Shown piece by piece: positions 57,363 through 64,000 of a DNA stretch of 64,000 bases (position 1 is the stretch's first letter; each line of letters opens with the position of its first letter). The notes under the pieces were generated by a model that was not told where the DNA came from, ran no database searches, and saw only the letters and a list, made by a program, of their open reading frames with translations. Origin of the DNA: Bacteroidales bacterium (GTDB lineage: Bacteria; Bacteroidota; Bacteroidia; Bacteroidales; UBA10428); NCBI GenBank assembly GCA_035258345.1, contig DATEVU010000180.1:1912-65911 (forward strand). Direction: 5' to 3'. A program made the translations under genes and the position numbers.

Positions 57363-58067
57363 TTACGAAAAAACCAAATTTCTTTCAAATTCTTCGATGG
57401 TTAAAGCCTGCTCCAATGAAAAATCGCCGATATGCGTCCTGACAAGGGCGGAGAGATAGGCCCCGGAATCCAGCCTCAATCCGATATCTCTTGCCAGTGC
57501 CCTGATGTAGGTGCCTTTGCTGCAGCGAACCTGGATACTGATCATAGGGGGGTCAAAGGATATCAGGTTAATGAACTGTATGGTAATCTCTCTGGGCGCA
57601 AGTGCAACTGGCTCACCTTTCCGCGCCAGTTTGTACGCCCGTGTACCGTTCATGAAACGGGCCGAAAAATGGGGCGGTTCCTGCAACTGAATTCCGGTAA
57701 GGCTTTCCAGCACCTTTTCAACAGCTTCCCTGGTGATATGTTCAACGGGGAAGCGATAATCCACATCGGTTTCCAGATCAAAAGAAGGGGTTGTGGCACC
57801 AAGGGTCACAGTAGCGCAGTATTCTTTTGGTTCAGCCTGGTATTTTTCGATATTCCGGGTTTCCTTTCCGGTGCATAGGATAAGCAAACCCGTGGCAAGC
57901 GGATCCAGCGTTCCGGCATGTCCGACCTTAAGTTTTTTAAGATGAAGCCTGCTTTTTAAAATATTCCGGACCTTGCTTACCAGATCAAAAGAGGTCCAGT
58001 AAAGGGGTTTATTAAACAGCAATACCTTGCCCTGTGCAAATTCTTCAGCGAATGTTGCAATTTCCAT
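57363..58067 (-). CDS. truB: tRNA pseudouridine(55) synthase
   Basis: GKVLLFNKPLYWTSFDLV...KVGHAGTLDPLATGLL...GTYIRALARD. Confidence 0.95.
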   Translation of the reverse strand: MEIATFAEEFAQGKVLLFNKPLYWTSFDLVSKVRNILKSRLHLKKLKVGHAGTLDPLATGLLILCTGKETRNIEKYQAEPKEYCATVTLGATTPSFDLETDVDYRFPVEHITREAVEKVLESLTGIQLQEPPHFSARFMNGTRAYKLARKGEPVALAPREITIQFINLISFDPPMISIQVRCSKGTYIRALARDIGLRLDSGAYLSALVRTHIGDFSLEQALTIEEFERNLVFS

Positions 58068-58082
58068 ATGTTTTCTTGTTCC

Positions 58083-58349
58083 TCAGGCTTTGTCTGAAAT
58101 CTTTGGTTTTCGCATAATGGCCCAGATCTCAAAGGCAAAGCCGATCAAAACGACCAGCGGTGCGATCGTTATCCTTCTTACACTGAATAATTCTTTTTCA
58201 TTAAATGTGTTGGGATCTGGAGATTTACCCCCTACCATCAATAAAAAACCAGCAATGATAATTACAAAACCGATGACCAGGTAAATATAATTTTCTTTAG
58301 CAATGGCAAAACCGGTATGCACTGGTTTTTCTTCAGGCTTTTTGTTCAT
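58083..58349 (-). CDS. DUF3098-family small membrane protein
   Basis: FAIAKENYIYLVIGFVIIIAGFLLMVGG plus a second TM helix. It sits in the usual position next to ftsX. Confidence 0.7.
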   Translation of the reverse strand: MNKKPEEKPVHTGFAIAKENYIYLVIGFVIIIAGFLLMVGGKSPDPNTFNEKELFSVRRITIAPLVVLIGFAFEIWAIMRKPKISDKA

Positions 58350-58359
58350 ACGTGTCAGT

Positions 58360-59235
58360 TTATGTATATAGATTATCAGTTTTCATATTCAGGTATTTAT
58401 TCACCGAGAACAGGGTAGAAAACAACGCGATCAGCACACCCACAATCAGAATGATTCCGAATAACGCTCCAAGTATGCGGAAGTCCTGGAAACTGAATAG
58501 ACCTTCCAGCTGTTTTTCAACGATATACAGGGTCAGGATAAGCAGCAATATGGAAAGCAGGGCAGCAATAACTCCCTGGGTAATTCCTTTTAGCAGGAAA
58601 GGCCTGCGGATGAGGTAATGGTGGGCGCCTACCAATTGCATGGTACGGATGATAAACCGCTTCGAATATACTGAAAGCCGGATTGTGTTGTTGATCAGGG
58701 TAATAGCAATAAAAAACAGTAAAACACTGAAAACCAGTATTGCCAGGCTTATTTTGCGGATATTCAGGTTAACAGCATAAATAAGGTCTTTTTGATAGGC
58801 AACATCAGCTACTTCGGGGAGCGCACGGAATTCTTTTTCAAGAACGGCAAAACTGTCGGGATTTGCATACTCGGCTTTCAGCTTGACATCAATAGAGGAA
58901 GGCAGGGGATTATATCCCAGAAATTCAACGAAGTCCTCTCCCAGTTCATTCTGAAAGTCTTCTGCAGCTTTTTCCCGGGTAATGTAAGTTGTTTCTTTTA
59001 CCTGCTTTTTTGAATCCAGTGTTTTCTGCAGGCTGAAAATATCAACCTCCCGGGCATCATCATTCAGATAAACAGAGATCCCGATGTTTTCCTTTACGTA
59101 ATCCGAAAGTTTTTTTGTATTGAGCAACAAAAGACCAACGAGACCCAGCATAAATAAAACGAGGGTAATACTCACAACCGAGGTAAAATAGGAGGCCGTC
59201 AGCCGGCGGCGTATCGTGTTTTCCTTAATCTGCAT
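58360..59235 (-). CDS. ftsX: FtsX-like cell-division permease
   Basis: An N-terminal TM helix, a periplasmic domain (ISVYLNDDA...TYITREKAAEDF) and three C-terminal TM helices. ATG 59235 is preferred to the TTG at 59241. Confidence 0.8.
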   Translation of the reverse strand: MQIKENTIRRRLTASYFTSVVSITLVLFMLGLVGLLLLNTKKLSDYVKENIGISVYLNDDAREVDIFSLQKTLDSKKQVKETTYITREKAAEDFQNELGEDFVEFLGYNPLPSSIDVKLKAEYANPDSFAVLEKEFRALPEVADVAYQKDLIYAVNLNIRKISLAILVFSVLLFFIAITLINNTIRLSVYSKRFIIRTMQLVGAHHYLIRRPFLLKGITQGVIAALLSILLLILTLYIVEKQLEGLFSFQDFRILGALFGIILIVGVLIALFSTLFSVNKYLNMKTDNLYT

Positions 59236-59285
59236 CAACAATGGTTAACCGGGCAAAGATAGAATATTTTATCGGAAAGGCATTT

Positions 59286-59330
59286 AAAAAAAAACCACCA
59301 ATCAAAGGCTTTTGACCATTGAAGGGTGGC
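59286..59330 (-). terminator. probable rho-independent terminator of 59353..60237
   Basis: On the minus strand there is a composite hairpin (CCACC...TCAAA/TTTGA...GGTGG) followed by T9, seen as the A-run 59286-59294 on the plus strand. Confidence 0.45.
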
Positions 59331-59352
59331 TTGCTTTTCGCGCCCGGGCGGG

Positions 59353-60237
59353 TTACTGTTTCAGGCGGGCTAACTTTTCGCTGATCGTAACTGCTTCCTT
59401 TTCTGCAGGGAAGCGAATAGCCTTAAATGTTGATGATCCGCTGTAAGGATTGTTCAGTAATTGCTGGGCAATAAGCTGGCCGTTCAGACGGGCTGTTACA
59501 ATAAAGTTGGTTTGTGCGGAAACATCGCAACCGTCATACAGATCCACTCTTACAAGATAGGTACCGGCTTCGCGCGTGCTTTCATCGGAATAAGTAATGT
59601 TCTCATTCTGAACACCATCGATATAGCATCCGGGATTGGAATCCAGGTCTAGTACGCCACCGTTGGAGGAATAATCGGAACCGTAATAGATCTCCTCTTC
59701 ATCCGGTTCTATCAAATGAAGATCAACATCATTGGCCTGATCCCATGACAAGCTTACCTGCAGCTGTCCGGTGCCTACTTCAACAATACTTACCGGCAAT
59801 TCATAGATGGCACTTACCTTGCCATAATCATCAACGATGGCAACGATAATAACAAATTCTTCGCCGGGAATATTGGCTGATAATACCAGGGAGAGGGTGT
59901 AAATGACGGAAGTGCTTTTCGTAAAGTTCATGTACTCATAATAGCCGTTCGTTCCCTGAACGCCTATTAAAATTTTGTCGGCCGGAACGGAAGCATAGAC
60001 GACAATTGGGTTAGAACCACCCTGGATAACCGAGCTGTTACCGGTAACATCTGTAACTTCAGGTATTCCGTCGCCCGATGATGCTGCTGGAAATGAACCT
60101 GAAACAAATTCCGCACCATCCACGGCAATGTAATCTTTTACACTTTTTTCGTCCTTGTCCTTCTTGCAGGAACCCAGACCGAAAACAAACACAGATGCCA
60201 GAAGAATGGCCCCTACAAACCTTAATCTTGTAAGCAT
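59353..60237 (-). CDS. lipoprotein with a C-terminal DUF2135-like beta-sandwich domain
   Basis: Lipobox LGSCKKD. The C-terminal LQVSLSWDQANDVDLHLIEPDEEEIYYGSDYSSNGGVLDLDSNPG resembles the YfaP C-terminal (DUF2135) pattern as I recall it. Confidence 0.6.
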   Translation of the reverse strand: MLTRLRFVGAILLASVFVFGLGSCKKDKDEKSVKDYIAVDGAEFVSGSFPAASSGDGIPEVTDVTGNSSVIQGGSNPIVVYASVPADKILIGVQGTNGYYEYMNFTKSTSVIYTLSLVLSANIPGEEFVIIVAIVDDYGKVSAIYELPVSIVEVGTGQLQVSLSWDQANDVDLHLIEPDEEEIYYGSDYSSNGGVLDLDSNPGCYIDGVQNENITYSDESTREAGTYLVRVDLYDGCDVSAQTNFIVTARLNGQLIAQQLLNNPYSGSSTFKAIRFPAEKEAVTISEKLARLKQ

Positions 60238-60299
60238 AGGGAATGAATTATTAAGGTAAATAAATGGAATTAATTGATTATTAGTTATATATGAGATAA

Positions 60300-60334
60300 A
60301 GAAAAACCCGGCAATTTGGTTACAAATATTGCCG
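60300..60334 (-). terminator. probable rho-independent terminator of ilvE
   Basis: CGGCAAT (60309-15) pairs with ATTGCCG (60328-34). On the minus strand it is followed by GGTTTTTCTTT. Confidence 0.5.
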
Positions 60335-60377
60335 CGTTTGATATGTCAAAAAGTAACGGAAAGTAAAACCGTCATTG

Positions 60378-61397
60378 TTAATCAACCAGTTCCACCCATC
60401 CGTGTATATCCGGTTCATCACCGTTCTGAATGGAAATCAGCTTATTATATAGCATGGTGGAGACTTTACCCGGTTTTCCGTCACAACAGTATTCGTAAAT
60501 TTGGTGGGTATCGGGATCCACAATTTTACGGATGGGGGTGATCACGGCAGCGGTACCGCATGCCCCAACCTCATCGAAGGTAGGTAATTCATCAAAAGCA
60601 ACCGGGCGGCGTTCCACGGTGAGTCCCATATCCCTGCATAGCTGCTCCAGGCACATGTTGGTTATGGAGGGCAAAATGGATTTGGATGCCGGGGTGATAT
60701 AGGTGTTGCCACGGATGGCAAAAAAGTTGGCGGGTCCGGCCTCATCAATATATTTCTTCTCTTTGGGATCGAGATACAGGGCAGTCGAGAATCCTTCGCG
60801 GTGCGCCAGATCAAGGGATGCAAGACTGGCTGCGTAATTACCCCCGACCTTGTAACAGCCGGTCCCAAGCGGTGCGGCCCGGTCAAAGCTCCTGCAAACC
60901 ATGATGTCAACGGGCTTAAATCCTTCCCTGAAATAGGGTCCCACAGGTGTAACAAACACCATGAACATATATTCACTGGCAGGTTTTACCCCCACTTCGG
61001 CACCCGTTCCGATAAGCAGCGGGCGGATATACAAGGTAGCGCCTGTACCATAGGGGGGCACAAATTTCTCATTCAGTTTGACTGCAGTGAATACTGCCTT
61101 TTTGAATAATTCATCCGGAACCACTGCCATTTTAATACCCAGTGCCGAATCCTGCATGCGCATGGCATTGTTTTTCCATCTGAATATCCGGATACGGTTA
61201 TCCTTGCCCCTGAAAGCCTTCAGCCCCTCAAAGGCTTCCTGCCCGTAATGCAGGCAGGTAGCCGCCATGTGCATGTTTATGAACTCGGAGGATGATATCT
61301 CAACCTCACCCCATTGTCCGTTTCTGTAATAACAACGTATGTTATAGTCGGTCATGGTGTAACCAAAGGGCATGTTTTTCCAGTCGAAGGTTTCCAT
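60378..61397 (-). CDS. ilvE: branched-chain-amino-acid aminotransferase
   Basis: HYGQEAFEGLKAFRG...GTGATLYIRPLLIGTG...YKVGGNYAASL...CGTAAVITPI. ATG 61397 is preferred to the TTG at 61424. Confidence 0.9.
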   Translation of the reverse strand: METFDWKNMPFGYTMTDYNIRCYYRNGQWGEVEISSSEFINMHMAATCLHYGQEAFEGLKAFRGKDNRIRIFRWKNNAMRMQDSALGIKMAVVPDELFKKAVFTAVKLNEKFVPPYGTGATLYIRPLLIGTGAEVGVKPASEYMFMVFVTPVGPYFREGFKPVDIMVCRSFDRAAPLGTGCYKVGGNYAASLASLDLAHREGFSTALYLDPKEKKYIDEAGPANFFAIRGNTYITPASKSILPSITNMCLEQLCRDMGLTVERRPVAFDELPTFDEVGACGTAAVITPIRKIVDPDTHQIYEYCCDGKPGKVSTMLYNKLISIQNGDEPDIHGWVELVD

Positions 61398-61553
61398 AGA
61401 GCAGCTGTTCTGATTATATGCCAAAAATAACTATTTCAGGGGTTCCAATAGTTGGCAAAAGTCATAAAAATCAAAATTTCCGGGTTTTTTAAGCTGTTAT
61501 TCAAAATAAAAAAATAAATTTATAGTTTACTATTCACATAATTTGCCATAAGC

Positions 61554-62390
61554 ATGGAGCACGAAAAAAACTTGATTATGGTTACATGGGACTTTACCGA
61601 AAAGTCCATGTTTGCCGTTGAACATGCTGTTCAAATGTCATCTATGATGATGGGTGAAATAGCAATAGTTCATATTGTTAAAAAAGGATCTGAGATCCGT
61701 GATGCTGAAAAGCGGATGTCGGATGAGATCAGAAAAAAATTCACCGATCCTTCCCTGGCATTTAAGTTCATTGTCAGAGCAGGATCCATTTTCCACACAA
61801 TCGCTGATGTGGCCGCCGAGATCAACGCCGTTCTGGTAATCATGGGAACCCATGGCATTGTTGGTATGCAGAAATTCCTGGGCAGCTGGGCCTTAAAGGT
61901 TGTAGCAAGTTCAAAAGCTCCATTCATCGTGGTACAGGAGTCTCCGCGGAGCGAGGCTTTAAAAAACATCGTATTACCGGTCAATTATAAAAAGGAAACC
62001 AAGGAATGCGTCTCCTGGACACATTTCTTCGCGAGGAAATTCGGGACAAAGTTTCATCTTTTCAGGGCCAGGTATACGGATTCCAATTTCAAAAAAGGGC
62101 TGGATTCAAACCTTTTCTTTCTCACGAAATATTTTAACAGCAAATCGATAAAATTTGAATCAAAAACTGCAGTTGGAGAAAGCGATTTTGGGAAAGAAGC
62201 AGTTCAGTTCGCCAAACAAGCCGATGCAGATGCCATTATGCTGATAACTACACGCGACATAGGTTTTGCCGATTACGTGCTGGGCCCGACAGAACAGTTC
62301 ATAATAGCAAATAACGAAAAAATACCGGTAATTTGCATCAATCCCCGTCCTGCTAAAATCGGTGGGGGATTCAGTGCCAGCGGCGGGTAA
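61554..62390 (+). CDS. tandem universal stress protein (UspA-family) domains
   Basis: Two Usp-like halves: IAIVHIV...LVIMGTHGIVG and NIVLPVNY...AIMLITTRD. Confidence 0.75.
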   Translation: MEHEKNLIMVTWDFTEKSMFAVEHAVQMSSMMMGEIAIVHIVKKGSEIRDAEKRMSDEIRKKFTDPSLAFKFIVRAGSIFHTIADVAAEINAVLVIMGTHGIVGMQKFLGSWALKVVASSKAPFIVVQESPRSEALKNIVLPVNYKKETKECVSWTHFFARKFGTKFHLFRARYTDSNFKKGLDSNLFFLTKYFNSKSIKFESKTAVGESDFGKEAVQFAKQADADAIMLITTRDIGFADYVLGPTEQFIIANNEKIPVICINPRPAKIGGGFSASGG

Positions 62391-62454
62391 CAATTTCCGG
62401 GATGTTTTGAAGATTATCCATGCCCGGGACCGCTAAGAAACTATTGCTATCTGT

Positions 62455-62490
62455 AACCGCAAAGCGTGCGCTTTGCGGTTAAATTTTTTT
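62455..62490 (+). terminator. rho-independent terminator
   Basis: AACCGCAAAGCG-TG-CGCTTTGCGGTT perfect inverted repeat followed by AAATTTTTTT, 65 nt after the usp stop. Confidence 0.7.
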
Positions 62491-62530
62491 ACGACAACCT
62501 TCATGTAAAGCGATCTAATAATTTTCAGGA

Positions 62531-63133
62531 GTGGAAAACAGGGATGACAGGATAAAATTGGTATTTGCTACTAATAACATACATAAGTTCAAAGAAATAG
62601 AAAGGGTACTTAGAGGTACGGTATTGCTGATGAACCTCAATGACCTTGGTTTTAAGGGAGATATCCCGGAAGATAAGGATTCACTGGAAGAAAATGCAGC
62701 ACAGAAAGCCTATTTCATTTATGATAAGTATGGCATAAACTGTTTTTCGGATGATACCGGACTGGAGATTGAGGCGCTTCGGGGTGAACCGGGAGTATAC
62801 TCTGCGAGGTATGCCGGGTTGAATTGCAGTTTCGGGGACAATCTGAAAAAGGTGCTGGAAAAAATGAAGGGGCAAACCAACCGGAGGGCAAGTTTCCGGA
62901 CCGTGATCGCACTGGTGGAACAGGGTAAATTGACTATCTTTGCTGGTGAAATCAGGGGTCATATTACCGAAGAAAAAAGGGGAAACCTTGGATTTGGATA
63001 TGACCCGGTATTTATGCCGTTGGGTTATAACAAAACCTTTGCCGAGATGTCGCTCGAAGAGAAAAACATGATCTCACACCGTGCGCTGGCTATCCGGAAA
63101 CTTGCCGGTTATTTTACAGGAGACCGGTTATGA
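62531..63133 (+). CDS. rdgB: RdgB/HAM1-family non-canonical purine NTP pyrophosphatase
   Basis: IKLVFATNNIHKFKEI...DDTGLEIEALRGEPGVYSARYAG...GFGYDPVF...SHRALA. The start is uncertain (GTG 62531 or the TTG 27 nt downstream). Confidence 0.85.
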   Translation: MENRDDRIKLVFATNNIHKFKEIERVLRGTVLLMNLNDLGFKGDIPEDKDSLEENAAQKAYFIYDKYGINCFSDDTGLEIEALRGEPGVYSARYAGLNCSFGDNLKKVLEKMKGQTNRRASFRTVIALVEQGKLTIFAGEIRGHITEEKRGNLGFGYDPVFMPLGYNKTFAEMSLEEKNMISHRALAIRKLAGYFTGDRL

Positions 63134-64000
63134 GAAGCATCCGGGTAATAGTGTGTTTTCTGATTTTCACCGTGTCCGGTGCAGCGGGACATGCCCAGAT
63201 ACCCGGGGGTACATGGCGCGACCACCTTCCCTATAATCATGCGAAAAGGCTGGCCGATGACGGCAATAAAATTTATTGTGCTACTTCCGACGGAGGTCTT
63301 TTTTCGTTTTCACGAAAGGATAACAGCCTCGATAAGTACTCCAAGGTCGCCGGATTATCCGATGCCGATGTATCCACCGTTGGTTACTCTGCAGGTACCG
63401 CCACGGTTTTCATTGGATATACAGGCGGAAATATCGACCTGGTAAGGAACGACAGTATTATCAACATCCCGGATATCAAACGGAAAGCCCTGGTGGGTGA
63501 CAAATCCGTGAATGCCGTTTATTTCAGGGATCAGCTGGCCTATCTCGCCTGCGGGTTCGGTATCGTGGTATGTGACCTGGTAAAAAGGGAAATCAAGGAT
63601 TCCTACCTGTTCGGCGAGGGGGGAACACAGATTCGGGTGCATGATATTACCTCCGACGGCGTTTTTCTTTATGCAGCTACTGCCGGGGGTATTTATCAGG
63701 CTTCGTTAAACAGTCCAAACCTGGTTGATTTTAATGCCTGGGTGAAGCTCGATTACCTGCCGGTTTCTGCAACGGGATACCGGTTCGTTGCCTGGCATAA
63801 CAACAGCCTGATGAGTATTTACCGAAACCCGGCTACAGGTTTTGATGATATAATAAGCATATCGGCGAACAGCTGGGATGTATGGGTCAACAGTGAAAAT
63901 GACTATTATGATTACCTGGGGGAGCAGAACGGAAACCTGGTTATTTGTTCGCAGGCCATGACCAGGATATACAACAACACCGGACAACTGATCCGCGAAG
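63130..64000 (+). CDS. PorZ-like / two-component-regulator-propeller domain secreted protein (3' end outside the window)
   Basis: This ORF is not in the supplied track because it has no stop. My translation from ATG 63130 stays open to the window end: MRSIRVIVCFLIFTVSGAAGHAQIPGGTWRDHLPYNHAKRLADDGNKIYCATSDGGLFSF...KVAGLSDADVSTVGYS...FIGYTGGNIDLVRNDSIINIPDIK.... The ATG overlaps the rdgB stop (ATGA). Confidence 0.6.
   Translation, partial: MRSIRVIVCFLIFTVSGAAGHAQIPGGTWRDHLPYNHAKRLADDGNKIYCATSDGGLFSFSRKDNSLDKYSKVAGLSDADVSTVGYSAGTATVFIGYTGGNIDLVRNDSIINIPDIKRKALVGDKSVNAVYFRDQLAYLACGFGIVVCDLVKREIKDSYLFGEGGTQIRVHDITSDGVFLYAATAGGIYQASLNSPNLVDFNAWVKLDYLPVSATGYRFVAWHNNSLMSIYRNPATGFDDIISISANSWDVWVNSENDYYDYLGEQNGNLVICSQAMTRIYNNTGQLIRE

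Noticed and set aside
1-64000. CRISPR arrays, tRNA/rRNA genes, transposases, integrases, prophage or known defence systems (RM, CBASS, retron, TA)
   Set aside because: Reading all spacers of about 60 nt or more and all ORF translations found none of these: no regularly spaced repeats, no T-loop/anticodon-arm-like structures, and no DDE, tyrosine-recombinase, reverse-transcriptase or nuclease-NTPase signatures.

Overview
This is a 64-kb, gene-dense chromosomal segment (about 61 protein-coding loci). It most likely comes from a member of Bacteroidota. Supporting signs are a DUF2723 giant membrane protein, a PorZ-like beta-propeller gene, the DUF3098-ftsX-truB-queA neighbourhood, MORN/YwqK repeats and TAnnTTTG-type promoter motifs. 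Most genes are recognisable housekeeping genes: dnaG, polA, ruvB, uvrC, pheS, mnmG, queA, truB, rsgA, ybeY, carA, nadA, dut, apt, rpiB, ispD, ilvE and two polyprenyl synthases. I found no rRNA, tRNA, CRISPR array, transposase, integrase or phage gene, so this does not look like a classical accessory island or defence locus.

Five things seem worth a second look:
1. Gene relics. There is an alpha-2-macroglobulin gene reduced to its N-terminus fused to its C-terminus, a pbpC (PBP1C) gene reduced to about 200 codons, a half-length TolC-like gene with an adaptor but no pump, and an RsbW-like kinase gene with an in-frame TAA. Every deletion junction I can see preserves the reading frame.
2. A signalling cluster: a multi-PAS HisKA_3 kinase, a NarL-type regulator, a stand-alone receiver and an orphan SiaC-like DUF1987 protein. 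It is split by a 470-bp non-coding spacer that carries its own terminator-like hairpin.
3. A hemerythrin-like protein paired with a LuxR regulator whose receiver domain lacks the acceptor Asp.
4. An unrecognisable 237-aa protein that appears co-transcribed with a hybrid histidine kinase.
5. Several exact palindromes and phased repeats in promoter regions.

All family assignments come from reading the translated ORFs and recalling motifs. No database search was run.
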